Counted from the stretch's first letter, positions 1 through 9,653 are shown. The stretch: 64,000 nucleotides of DNA from Chthoniobacteraceae bacterium (GCA_947479475.1 CANJZW010000001.1:15313-79312), one strand, 5' to 3'. Notes: generated by a model not told the origin, from the sequence alone. Made by a program: numbers and translations.

Positions 1-1643
1 CCGAGGAAACAGAGCGCGGAGAATTCCTGCAACTAATCACTCCTCACGCCGGTGTCCTGCCTGCCGCTGATATGGCGGCCCTCTTGAAGGACGACCGGGT
101 GGGCTATATGCACGTGCCGCTGGATGCTGACGGAGTGGTGCGGCGCGTGCACTTCCGTCAATCGGGCGGCCGCTCGAGTTACCTGGTGCAAGGGGGGGCT
201 GTGATGGAATCTTTGGCGGCCCGGGCGCTGCGGAAGTTTGGGCGTCCTGATCTCGTGCCTGAGACGTTTGGGACCACACGCTTCAGGTATGGGAGTGCGC
301 CGGGCGAGGGGTACAAGGTGCATAACATCGGCGACGTGTTAAATCCGGATTTGTGGCATAAGAAATACGGGGACGGCGCGTTTTTCCGTGGCAAGCTTGT
401 GTTAATTGGTCCCACGGCGGCCCTTTTTAACGACGAACACGACACGCCTTTTGCGGAGAAAAAAATGAGCGGCTCAGAACTGCATCTGAGCGTCATGGCC
501 GCGGCGCTCAACCGGGAGTTCCTGACTGAGGCGCCCCCGCTTGTGCGGCTTGCCATCGTCCTGCTCTCCGGACTCCTCGCGGGCGCGCTCTCGTTCCATA
601 ACTTTCATCCCTTTGAGCGTCTTGCGACATTGTTCATGAGCACGGCCGCGTACTGGGTTCTAGCTCAGTGGTTCTATGACCGCCTAGGCTGGCTGGTTCC
701 TGTGGCAGGCCCTCTTTTCGCGCTGGTGTTCAGTGGCGTGCTCATTCTGTTTTACGATTTTTTTGAGGAACGGCTTAGCCGCATGAAATTGCGCGCAACC
801 ATGGGACTTTATTTTTCCCCGACCGTGTTGGCCTCCGTTCTGAACGACCCGGGCTCTATGAAGCCCAAACATGCCGATGTGACGCTGCTGCTCACCGACC
901 TGCGCAACTTCACCCAGCTGGACGAATTGCTCGAACCTCAAGCGTTTTTTGAACTGCTCAACAAAGTTTTCGAGCTCCAGACCAATGCCATTATGAAGGA
1001 GCGGGGAAACATTGAGCACTTCCTGGGGGAACAGTTCCTGAGCTATTGGGGGGCGCCCCAAGTTCAGACGGATGCCGCGGACCGTTCTCTGCGCGCCGCG
1101 CTGGCGCTGATCGCGGGCATGGAGGCGTTTCACAAAAGCTTGCCTGAAAACATCGCCAATCTCTTTGGTTACGGAGTGGCTTTGCACGGCGGGCGTGTCC
1201 TTGTCGGCAATAAGGGCTCCGCCTTGCGGCTAGATTACGGGCTGGTGGGGGATGTGGTCAACTCCGCCTCCCGCATTGAAGGACTGACGAAATACTACGG
1301 GGTCCACCTGCTGGTGTCCCGCGAGGTCTTTATGCGGCTACAGACTCCACCCCTGCACCGACTCATTGACAGGGTGACGGTCAAGGGCAAAACGGAGACT
1401 GTGGAGTTGGTGGAATGTGAAAACCCGGGAACACCGCCTGAATATGTCCAACTATGCGAGTCTTACGAAAGGGCGTACGTGTTGTACGCATCGGCCCAGT
1501 TTGTGGAGGCGAAGCGGCAGTTTGACGCCATCATTGCCATATCTGGAGACGGGCCCAGCCGGGTTTTAAGCAGGCGCTGCGAAAGTCTCGCGGCCGCTCC
1601 CCCTGAAAATTGGAAGGGGATTTGGAAGATGGACTCCAAATAG
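1..1643 (+). CDS. CHASE2-type membrane sensor fused to a class III adenylate/guanylate cyclase (N-terminus runs off the left edge)
   Basis: The frame of the 72..1643 ORF stays open back to nt 3, so the gene is 5'-truncated by the window. Three hydrophobic helices (LVRLAIVLLSGLLAGAL, LATLFMSTAAYWVLAQWF, LVPVAGPLFALVFSGVLILF) are followed by cyclase motifs: LLLTDLRNFTQL, GYGVALHGGRVLVGNKG and DYGLVGDVVNSASRIEG. Confidence 0.8.
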   Translation, partial: EETERGEFLQLITPHAGVLPAADMAALLKDDRVGYMHVPLDADGVVRRVHFRQSGGRSSYLVQGGAVMESLAARALRKFGRPDLVPETFGTTRFRYGSAPGEGYKVHNIGDVLNPDLWHKKYGDGAFFRGKLVLIGPTAALFNDEHDTPFAEKKMSGSELHLSVMAAALNREFLTEAPPLVRLAIVLLSGLLAGALSFHNFHPFERLATLFMSTAAYWVLAQWFYDRLGWLVPVAGPLFALVFSGVLILFYDFFEERLSRMKLRATMGLYFSPTVLASVLNDPGSMKPKHADVTLLLTDLRNFTQLDELLEPQAFFELLNKVFELQTNAIMKERGNIEHFLGEQFLSYWGAPQVQTDAADRSLRAALALIAGMEAFHKSLPENIANLFGYGVALHGGRVLVGNKGSALRLDYGLVGDVVNSASRIEGLTKYYGVHLLVSREVFMRLQTPPLHRLIDRVTVKGKTETVELVECENPGTPPEYVQLCESYERAYVLYASAQFVEAKRQFDAIIAISGDGPSRVLSRRCESLAAAPPENWKGIWKMDSK

Positions 1644-1844
1644 CAGGCGGCGGCCTTGCGATGCATGTTTTTTGGCATGAGCGTCGGTGTTGAGCTTGAG
1701 ATCCGCAAAATTGGGCAAGTGCGGCACAATACCTGCTTCTGTCTAAGTCTGTAGTATCGATAGGCTGCAAGCTTCCCTCTGTAGGCAGGCGCTGACCCTT
1801 TAGCGCTTCAGCGGCTGTTGCGCGGCATGCATTAAAGTATTTTT

Positions 1845-4800
1845 ATGAAGTTCTCCATTCAGTCGTTGTTCCGAAAAGTGAAGCCCGCAGAGTCTTTGGA
1901 GATTCAGACTGCTCTGCCTCATTATAGTCCTGTGATCCGCGCGATGTCTCTGCTGACAGCCTCGGTGATCTTCCTTCAGGGGCCTCTGGCGCTGGCGGCT
2001 GTGATCGATTGGAACCCGACCTTAAGTTCTGGAACATTCTCCACCCAAGTGGGGGGCACTTGGTCCTCTGGCGGAATGCCCGGAAGCTCGGACACTGCAA
2101 AGTTCAATCTGTTTACGAGCGATTATTCTGTGCTGATCGACGGTTCCCGGTCCGTGGACGGCCTTGCAACATTCAATTTGAATGGAACAGCCGGCACGAC
2201 GGTGATTCTGACTGGCTCGCTGGATGGCACTTCGATTCTGCAGCTTGGCACCGCTGGAATTCAGACCACGGCGGGCAGCCTGCGCTTGGACTCTGCGCTG
2301 ACTGTGACGCTGGGCGGGGCCCAGACGTGGACTGTGGATGGGGCTACGGCTCTGACTGTGGCTGGGACTTTGAATGGCACTGGAAGCCTCACCAAAGACG
2401 GCGCCGGACTGCTTTCCTTAGAAACAGCGACAACTTCTTACACCGGAGACACAACGGTTTTGGCCGGTACGGTGAACGCTGGCACACTAAGCGGCACTAC
2501 CGTCTTAGCGGTTAGCGGCGGCACGCTCAATGTAGGGAGCTATAATACCTCTGCGACACTCAGTGTCAGCAATGACGGCATTGTAAACGTCCTCAATGCG
2601 GATCTGACTTTGGCCGGTACCGTGACAAACAACGCCACCTCTGCAGGATCCGTGAACTTTTTGGCCAACACGGGGACAATCACTCTATCGAGTCTCGCCG
2701 GATCTGGTGCGACCCTCTTCAATAGCGCGGCAAATATTGCCGGGACACTGTCCTCAGGGAGTGTTTCTGTTTTTGGTCTCCTGACCGCGGTGGATATTTC
2801 CGGGGGAACGGTTTCTGTCGGTTCCCTGGCAGCCACGGGAATAATCAGCGGGGGTGTGATTGGAGTCGCAAGCGGACCGGCAGTTATGTCCACAGTGTCC
2901 GGCGGAACGTTGAACTTGAACGGACCGAGCGGGAGTGTCGCGACTCTCAACGGCGGTTCGCTCAACCTGAGTGGAGCAACAACGCTGACGGTAAGCGCCG
3001 GGGATAGCGCTGGCACGATAAATGGAGCCGGAGCGCTGATAAAGGACACGAGCGCGACGCTGACCTTGAGCGGAGCCAATACCTACACAGGGAGTACCAC
3101 TGTGAGTGGTGGGTCCTTGAATGTAGCCCCTACGGGTTCTCTTCTTTCGACGGGAACCCTTATCGTCTTGAGTGGAGCCTCGGCAAACTTCCTTGCATCC
3201 GTTGCGACCATCGGTTCCATCAGCGGCGCAGGAGCTACAGTGTTTGCCGGGACTGGGACGGTCACAAGCGCTCTGGCAGAAGGGACAGTCAATTTTGGTG
3301 GCGATGCGCACCTCTCTTCCGTCTCAGGCGCCAATGTGAGCGTCAACGGATCCGCGTCTTTATCAGCGGGTCTAGGCGCAGGGGCGCTGACACTCAATAG
3401 CATCGGCAACTATGTTGGCAACCTAACGGGAGGTTCGCTCACTCTGAATTCTGGGGCCGTGGCAGAGGGTTATCTGTTCTCCAATGGAAACGTCACCAAC
3501 TCGGGATCCTTGGTGATCCGTGGAGCCGGTTCAACCTTCTCCGGTCTTCTTTCCGGGGCAGGAACCCTCGTCTTCGCTGACAGTTCCCAGACGCTGGGTG
3601 GAACGCTTTCAGGCTTCACTGGAACCTACGGCTCTGTTGAGGGTTCAGCTGTCGGGTTCAAAACAGAAACAAATGCAGCAGCATCGCTCGTCATTAGCGG
3701 CAGCAGCGGCGCTTGGTTGATGACGAACGGCGGTTCCATTGGAGCAGTCAGTGTTTCAGCTGACAGTGCCATGGTCCTTGGAGCCGGCACTTATACTTTA
3801 GGCACTATCGCTGGCGATGCGGGTTCGTTTGTGCTTGGGGGTGGTACGTTCACCCTTGGTAGTTTAACTGGGTCCGGTACCGTCGCAAATGTGGTGGCCT
3901 CTCCGACTATTTTGAAAGTGGGCGCGCTTAATACGTCGACGGAATTTAGCGGTACTTTGACCGAGGACGCGACCAATTCTGCAGGCAGCCTTTCGCTGGT
4001 AAAAGTGGGTGCAGGGACGCTGACCCTTTCGGGACCAAACACGTTCACGGGTACGACAACGGTGAACGCCGGGACATTGATCACCATCGCCGGAGCGCTT
4101 GGAAGTACCGTTTCCATTGGAGTGAACGGCGCGACGTTGAATGCGGTAGATTACAACAGCGCCGCGACGTTGACTGTGGACGCGAGTGGGTTTGCGACAA
4201 TAAGCGGCACGGACCTAAGCCTGGGCGCGGTAATCAACGCGAATACGAGTGTGGACAGCGTTAGCTTCACTTCCAGCAGCGGGACTATTACGTTGGCTGG
4301 GTTGAGCGGAGCAGGTAACACGCGCTTCACAAACGACGCGACGATCACGGCAGGCGGGATCATCGAAGGGACAGTGAATGTGGCGGGTCTGCTGACGTCT
4401 GACATTAGCGGCGGCGAGGTGAACGCTGGATCATTGCGTGCGGTTTCTGTGAGTGGCGGGATGACCGGAATCACGGATGCGGCGAGCATCCTGACCTTGA
4501 GCGGTGGCGTAAACACGGTGGGTGGAATAGCGACAGTGACAACGGTGTCCGATGGAACGTTGAATTTGAACGGACCGAGCGGGAGTGTCGCGACTCTCAA
4601 CGGTGGTACGCTCAACCTGAGTGTAGCAACGACGCTCACGGTAAGTGCCGGGGATAGCGCTGGCACGATAAACGGAGACGGAGCGCTGATAAAGGACTCG
4701 AGCGCGACGCTGACCTTGAGCGGAGCAAACACGTTTTCCGGTTCGACAACCGTAGAAGCTGGGACATTGACACTTGCGTCAGGTGGCTCGCTTGCCAGCG

Positions 4801-7800
4801 CGGTGGTGGGAGTGAATGCCGGTGCCATTTTGAACGCATCGGGTAATTCGCCTCTCTCGATTGCAACAGTTTTGACTGCCGACGGGGTGGTGAACTTGTC
4901 TAGCTCAGGAGTGATTCTTGAGACGTTGCTGGGTTCCGGGACCGTAAATCTGACTTCGACTGTATTGACAGTCCAGAACGGGAACTTCAGCGGCGCCGTC
5001 AATGACGGAAGCACAGCCGGCAGCCTGGTGAAGACAAGTACGGGTCTGCTGACTTTGAGCGGCCTGAACGGCTACACGGGACAGACATCGGTACAGGAAG
5101 GAACGCTGACCCTCGGCAGTGGAGGCACTCTCACGAGCACCGCCGTCAACGTGTCTGCTGGAGCCACGCTGAACTCAGAAGTCGACTCGCAGCTCTCGCT
5201 CGCGACCGTTTTGACAGCGGACGGTGTGGTCAACCTGTCCAATCCGGTGGTCGCGCTCGCCGCACTGTCAGGCTCCGGGACGGTAACTCTGAATTCGACA
5301 GAGTTGACGGTCCAGGGCGGAACCTTTGGTGGTTCAATCAATGAAGGAGGCGCTATCGGAAGCAGCTTGGTGAAAACGGGTGTCGGAGAATTGACTCTGA
5401 GTGGTCTCAACGGCTACACCGGCGCTACTTCCGTCGTGGAAGGGTCGCTGACACTGGCCTCTGGGGGCACGCTCTCGGGCTTCGTGGTGGGAGTGAGCGC
5501 TGGAGCGACGTTGAATTCGCAAGCGGGTTCGGCTCTTTCGCCCGCAACCCTTTTGACGGCAGATGGCGTGGTCAACCTGTTCAACACAGAGGTGGCGCTC
5601 ATGACTTTGCTGGGTTCCGGGACGGTGAATCTAGACACGACGGCACTAACAGTGCAGGGCGGGACCTTTACTGGCGCCATCAAGGACGGAAGCACACCGG
5701 GCAGCCTTGTGAAAACCAGCCCTGAAACGCTGATTTTGAGCGGAGCAAGCACGTATACGGGTGGCACGAGTTTGAACGAAGGCACACTCTCTATTGGACA
5801 CAATCTAGCCCTTGGCGCGGGAACTCTCAATGTGGCTGATGGTGCGACTCTAGACGCCGTGGAGTCTGGATTAAGTCTGTCGAATAACCTTGGGCTCAAT
5901 GGAACGTTGAACTATCTGGGGACGAATAGTCTGACCATTTCCGGTTTGGTATCACTCGGCACCGTCAGCGGCATCAATGTCGTGGGGAACGCCCTCACAC
6001 TAACCGGTACCGTTAGCGGCGACTTTGACTTCACCAAATCCGGTGCCGGCACACTGACCGTCAACGGAAACAACACCTCAACCGCAGCAACCATCGTCAC
6101 GGGAGGCTCTCTGATTCTGGGTGCGTCCGGCTCGCTTGCCACAGGCAGTCTCACGGTCAGCGGTGCCAACACAGTGCTCGATTTGGGTGAAACGCATCAG
6201 CTCGTGTCGGCGATTGCTGTCACGGACGCCACGGTCCGCAGCGGGACGCTGGAGGGTACGAGTTTCACGCTCGATGGCGCCAAAGTATCCGCCAAACTTG
6301 CAGGGACTGGAGCTCTCACCTCGACGGGTAATACGACGCTTTCCGCCGAAAACAGCTTAACAGGTCCGGTCACCGTTAATTCAGGGACGCTGTCGATTGG
6401 CGCGGGTGGAACAGTCGGTTCCCTTTCGAATGCGGCTTCCTTCAGCGTGGCTTCCGGAGCCACGCTCCAATCAAACCGCAGCAATGATTTGGATTTGACC
6501 CAAGTCATCTCCGGTGAAGGTTCGCTGGTAAAGGATGGCGCGGGGACCACGATACTGTCTGGCGGAAATACCTATTCGGGAGGAACATCGGTGAAGGCCG
6601 GCACGCTGATTGTTAGCGGCAGTCTTGCCGCAGGAAGCGATCTGACAGTCGCAGCAGACAGTTTTGCGAACCTTGCTTACGCAAGCGCAGCGATCGGCCG
6701 TTTGGCCAATGGTGGGTCCGTGAATTTCACGGTCGCCACGGGAACGGTCTCCGTGGCCACCCTCACAGGCGCTGGCTTCACTGGCTTCGCAAGCAATCTG
6801 GCTGTAGACAGTTATACTGGATCCGGAACCCTCTCCCGCATCAACGGCGGGAGCGGCACTCTGATTCTGACGACCTTCAACGGCACTGGCGTCACGACGC
6901 TCAGTGGTGATACGACGATCACCAACCTCAATGGCGGTTCTATCAATCAGGCCAGCACAGGCACGCTGTTTGTTTCCGCAGGGAACAGTACAGGAGTTAT
7001 TTCAGGGGCCGCATCGCTTGTGAAGAATGGCGGGACGACCCTCATTCTCGCCGGCGCGAATACCTACACGGGATCAACGACGGTGAAGGCCGGGCTTCTT
7101 GATGTGACCGGTTCGATTGCAGTGGGATCTACCCTGAAGATCGAAGCGGGCGGGGCGCGGTTTGCCAACGCGGCTACCTTAGACGTCGTCATCAATAGCG
7201 GCTTGCTAGGGCTTGCGGCCGGCAGCAGCATCAACACGATCACCAGTACTGGCACGCTGACCCACACAGGCGGGCTGACCATTTCTGGTGCGGGGTCCAT
7301 CGCATCGCTCTCTGGCGGAGCTTCCTCAAGCTTTACCAAGAGCGGCACCGGGACTCTGACCTTGGGTGGGATCTACCTCGGGACGACCAGCGTGACAGGT
7401 GGCACGTTGAGCCTTAATGCAGGCGCGCGTTTGAATGGGGATGTGACGGTAAGCGGCGGCCGGCTTCTCCTGGGCGACGCAAACCAGTTTGGTGGCAACC
7501 TGACTTTGGCTTCTGGGATTATCGATTTGGGTGGCAACAGCCAGCTTCTAGCGGGATCATTCACCGCAACGGGCGGAATGCTTGGAGTGGTGGGTGAGAC
7601 CGGCACGCTCACTGCATCGGCCGTAAATGTGAGCGGAGGAACCATGAATGTAACGCCCAAGGTGATTGCGCTTACGGCGATCGGAAGTAGTGCGGCGGTC
7701 CTCCCGGAATTGAGTTTGTCAGGCACTTCGTCAACTCCAGTCACCTTGACTGTCCCAGTTGTTTACGTAGAAGCAGTTAAAGTAAGCGGCTCCAACCAAG

Positions 7801-9611
7801 TCCTGGTCTTGACTGGCACCGACGCTGCGCCCAGCACGACGGCTCTCAGTATCAGCGGGAATAACAATACGGTGCAATTCACCCAAGGTTTCGCTCCGAC
7901 CAAGAGTGTGGAGTTGACGGTGGGTGGGGCTGGCTCAACGGGCAGCGTGCTCAAGGTCGGGGGAGAAGGTTTGGTGCTCGCCAGAGGAAAGCTGAGTGGC
8001 CGTGGAACCATCGAAGGGAATGTCAGGCTGGGCACGGGATCCAACTTCGCCCCCGGCAATTCGCCAGGGGTCATGACGATCGTGGGTAACCTAGCGCTAA
8101 ATGGTGCCACGCTTTCCATCGAGTTTGACCGCACCGCACCCATCGGCGACCAGCAGGATCAGGTAGTTGTCACCGGAGGGGCTGTGACTATCAATGGAGG
8201 CACGTTAAGTCTAAACCTAGGCACAGGGGCTTCCCGTTTCCGCCCGGGCGTAGATCAATTCAACCCGATATTCATCAGCTCCGGCAGCGCCGCGACGGTT
8301 GCGAAGCTCGTGGGAGGAACTGGTTTCAGCACCTTGATCGCACCTGCCGGCTTTGGCTTCTCGCTGGTTGATGGTTTGCTCGTGCTTCCCAATAGTGGAT
8401 TGACTAGTGGGTTCTCAAGGATTGGTGCCTCCGGCAACCTGGCTGCGGTTGGTTCATTGGTGGATCGGGCCTTCAGCGCTGGGATCAATTCCAGCACGAT
8501 CGGAGCGGGAAGTTTGGGCGCATTGATGGATAACACCTCGGCTTTGGCGAGCGCCAACAAGGCCACGGTGGCTTCGACACTCGCCGCTCTGAATCCGGCC
8601 GTCTATGCTGAGTTGGGCAACATCGGGATTGATCGTCTGCACGACGTTCAGGCCGGCCTCAGTAACCACCTCGACATGCTCGCTCTGGATGCCGTTGGCG
8701 AGCCCGGCCTCTCCTTGGGAGTCAGGGTTGCTCCGCCTCAGCCGCAGTCCGCGCCCGCGGCCTCAGCGGTTGAACGCGCCCGCGCCTGGACTACCGCTTA
8801 CGGCGGATGGGGCAAGCGGAATTCGGATTCCGGCTTTGGAGCCGCAGGCTACTCGTCCAGCAATTACGGAGATGTTTCCGGCGTTGAAAGCAAGATTGGT
8901 GATTTCACGATCGGGCTCACAGGCGCGGTGGGGCACTCTTCTGCCACTTTTCAAGATGGCAAGGGTAGCGTCACCGCCGACAGTTGGCACACCGGCGTCT
9001 ATGGAAGCTTCCCCGCCGGCCGGCTCGTCCTCGACGCTTCGTTCGTCTACGGGCAGGCTGACAGCACGCTAAAGCGCAGCGTTGATGTTGCGGGCGGAGG
9101 CGCAACCTCGGGCAAATCCCAGGGATCGGAGTGGACAGGCCAGGCGGGATTCGCCGTACCGTTCCGCACAGACGGCGATTCCCTCATGATCACGCCTTCG
9201 GTCCACGTGATCCACGCTTCGGTCGAGCAGGACGCAATCACGGAATCCTCCCTGAACGGGCTTGAGGCGGCGGTCAAAGGAGCCTCGACCACCGCTACCG
9301 CACTCCGGACCGGTGTTCAGGCGGCCAAACTGACGACGCTTGGAACCATCGCAACCCGCCTGACGGCATCACTCGACTGGGTTCATAGCTTCGACTCCGG
9401 CCGGAATGATGTGGATATCGCGCTCACAGGCGCCGGCGCGGAAACCTCCCGGTTTCAAAGTTCCAAGGCGGGCAAGGACGCTATCCGGTTCGGTTTGGGT
9501 GCCGAGTTTGCACTCACCGACCGAATTCGCTTCCGTCTCAACGTGGACGACCAGGTGAAGAGCGGCGTCAATTCCGTCTACAGCAGCGCATCGATCGGCC
9601 TGCAGTTCTAG
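1845..9611 (+). CDS. giant (2588 aa) autotransporter with autotransporter-associated beta-strand (PATR) repeats and a C-terminal beta-barrel
   Basis: A single uninterrupted ORF. It contains dozens of G/T/S/L-rich units of the type 'GALIKDTSATLTLSGANTYTGSTTV' and 'LVKTGVGELTLSGLNGYTGATSV'. The hydrophobic leader is MSLLTASVIFLQGPLALAAV (alternative start at 1944). The C-terminal ~275 aa alternate as beta-strands and end in a terminal aromatic residue (...SASIGLQF). Confidence 0.9.
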   Translation: MKFSIQSLFRKVKPAESLEIQTALPHYSPVIRAMSLLTASVIFLQGPLALAAVIDWNPTLSSGTFSTQVGGTWSSGGMPGSSDTAKFNLFTSDYSVLIDGSRSVDGLATFNLNGTAGTTVILTGSLDGTSILQLGTAGIQTTAGSLRLDSALTVTLGGAQTWTVDGATALTVAGTLNGTGSLTKDGAGLLSLETATTSYTGDTTVLAGTVNAGTLSGTTVLAVSGGTLNVGSYNTSATLSVSNDGIVNVLNADLTLAGTVTNNATSAGSVNFLANTGTITLSSLAGSGATLFNSAANIAGTLSSGSVSVFGLLTAVDISGGTVSVGSLAATGIISGGVIGVASGPAVMSTVSGGTLNLNGPSGSVATLNGGSLNLSGATTLTVSAGDSAGTINGAGALIKDTSATLTLSGANTYTGSTTVSGGSLNVAPTGSLLSTGTLIVLSGASANFLASVATIGSISGAGATVFAGTGTVTSALAEGTVNFGGDAHLSSVSGANVSVNGSASLSAGLGAGALTLNSIGNYVGNLTGGSLTLNSGAVAEGYLFSNGNVTNSGSLVIRGAGSTFSGLLSGAGTLVFADSSQTLGGTLSGFTGTYGSVEGSAVGFKTETNAAASLVISGSSGAWLMTNGGSIGAVSVSADSAMVLGAGTYTLGTIAGDAGSFVLGGGTFTLGSLTGSGTVANVVASPTILKVGALNTSTEFSGTLTEDATNSAGSLSLVKVGAGTLTLSGPNTFTGTTTVNAGTLITIAGALGSTVSIGVNGATLNAVDYNSAATLTVDASGFATISGTDLSLGAVINANTSVDSVSFTSSSGTITLAGLSGAGNTRFTNDATITAGGIIEGTVNVAGLLTSDISGGEVNAGSLRAVSVSGGMTGITDAASILTLSGGVNTVGGIATVTTVSDGTLNLNGPSGSVATLNGGTLNLSVATTLTVSAGDSAGTINGDGALIKDSSATLTLSGANTFSGSTTVEAGTLTLASGGSLASAVVGVNAGAILNASGNSPLSIATVLTADGVVNLSSSGVILETLLGSGTVNLTSTVLTVQNGNFSGAVNDGSTAGSLVKTSTGLLTLSGLNGYTGQTSVQEGTLTLGSGGTLTSTAVNVSAGATLNSEVDSQLSLATVLTADGVVNLSNPVVALAALSGSGTVTLNSTELTVQGGTFGGSINEGGAIGSSLVKTGVGELTLSGLNGYTGATSVVEGSLTLASGGTLSGFVVGVSAGATLNSQAGSALSPATLLTADGVVNLFNTEVALMTLLGSGTVNLDTTALTVQGGTFTGAIKDGSTPGSLVKTSPETLILSGASTYTGGTSLNEGTLSIGHNLALGAGTLNVADGATLDAVESGLSLSNNLGLNGTLNYLGTNSLTISGLVSLGTVSGINVVGNALTLTGTVSGDFDFTKSGAGTLTVNGNNTSTAATIVTGGSLILGASGSLATGSLTVSGANTVLDLGETHQLVSAIAVTDATVRSGTLEGTSFTLDGAKVSAKLAGTGALTSTGNTTLSAENSLTGPVTVNSGTLSIGAGGTVGSLSNAASFSVASGATLQSNRSNDLDLTQVISGEGSLVKDGAGTTILSGGNTYSGGTSVKAGTLIVSGSLAAGSDLTVAADSFANLAYASAAIGRLANGGSVNFTVATGTVSVATLTGAGFTGFASNLAVDSYTGSGTLSRINGGSGTLILTTFNGTGVTTLSGDTTITNLNGGSINQASTGTLFVSAGNSTGVISGAASLVKNGGTTLILAGANTYTGSTTVKAGLLDVTGSIAVGSTLKIEAGGARFANAATLDVVINSGLLGLAAGSSINTITSTGTLTHTGGLTISGAGSIASLSGGASSSFTKSGTGTLTLGGIYLGTTSVTGGTLSLNAGARLNGDVTVSGGRLLLGDANQFGGNLTLASGIIDLGGNSQLLAGSFTATGGMLGVVGETGTLTASAVNVSGGTMNVTPKVIALTAIGSSAAVLPELSLSGTSSTPVTLTVPVVYVEAVKVSGSNQVLVLTGTDAAPSTTALSISGNNNTVQFTQGFAPTKSVELTVGGAGSTGSVLKVGGEGLVLARGKLSGRGTIEGNVRLGTGSNFAPGNSPGVMTIVGNLALNGATLSIEFDRTAPIGDQQDQVVVTGGAVTINGGTLSLNLGTGASRFRPGVDQFNPIFISSGSAATVAKLVGGTGFSTLIAPAGFGFSLVDGLLVLPNSGLTSGFSRIGASGNLAAVGSLVDRAFSAGINSSTIGAGSLGALMDNTSALASANKATVASTLAALNPAVYAELGNIGIDRLHDVQAGLSNHLDMLALDAVGEPGLSLGVRVAPPQPQSAPAASAVERARAWTTAYGGWGKRNSDSGFGAAGYSSSNYGDVSGVESKIGDFTIGLTGAVGHSSATFQDGKGSVTADSWHTGVYGSFPAGRLVLDASFVYGQADSTLKRSVDVAGGGATSGKSQGSEWTGQAGFAVPFRTDGDSLMITPSVHVIHASVEQDAITESSLNGLEAAVKGASTTATALRTGVQAAKLTTLGTIATRLTASLDWVHSFDSGRNDVDIALTGAGAETSRFQSSKAGKDAIRFGLGAEFALTDRIRFRLNVDDQVKSGVNSVYSSASIGLQF
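2895..3076 (+). repeat. copy A of a ~182-nt near-identical intragenic direct repeat inside the autotransporter
   Basis: Hand alignment with 4545..4726 (offset 1650 nt) gives about 12 mismatches in 182 nt. It encodes VSGGTLNLNGPSGSVATLNGGSLNLSGATTLTVSAGDSAGTINGAGALIKDTSATLTLSGA. Confidence 0.8.
4545..4726 (+). repeat. copy B of the ~182-nt near-identical intragenic direct repeat
   Basis: It encodes VSDGTLNLNGPSGSVATLNGGTLNLSVATTLTVSAGDSAGTINGDGALIKDSSATLTLSGA. The flanking ~400 nt upstream are homologous to the region upstream of copy A only at a much lower level. Confidence 0.8.
4764..5783 (+). repeat. three in-frame tandem units of 339/342/339 nt (113-114 codons) within the autotransporter
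   Basis: Units start at 4764, 5103 and 5445. Each runs TLTL(A/G)SGG...ATVLTADGVVNL...GSGTV(N/T)L...LTVQ(N/G)G.F.G....LVKT...L.LSG...YTG.TS..EG. Confidence 0.85.
8784..9608 (+). other. autotransporter beta-barrel translocator domain (domain annotation within 1845..9611)
   Basis: It runs from AWTTAYGGWGKRNSDSG... to ...SVYSSASIGLQF. The region shows alternating hydrophobic/polar beta-strand periodicity, aromatic girdle residues and a terminal Phe typical of outer-membrane barrels. Confidence 0.75.
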
Positions 9612-9653
9612 TTCGCACAGCGCACGGCTAGTCCGCACGGCGCTGGGCATCCA

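Noticed and set aside
4764-5783. Tandem repeats that could be mistaken for a CRISPR-like or satellite array
   Set aside because: The units are 339-342 nt, in frame, diverged and entirely coding. There is no short repeat/spacer periodicity anywhere in the window.
2540-8566. Chain of 60-290-aa minus-strand ORFs, and a few alternative plus-frame ORFs, throughout the autotransporter gene
   Set aside because: They arise from the repetitive G/T/S/A/L codon bias of the passenger. Their products are Pro/Val/Ser/Thr-rich mirror images of the repeats and none has an independent start context.
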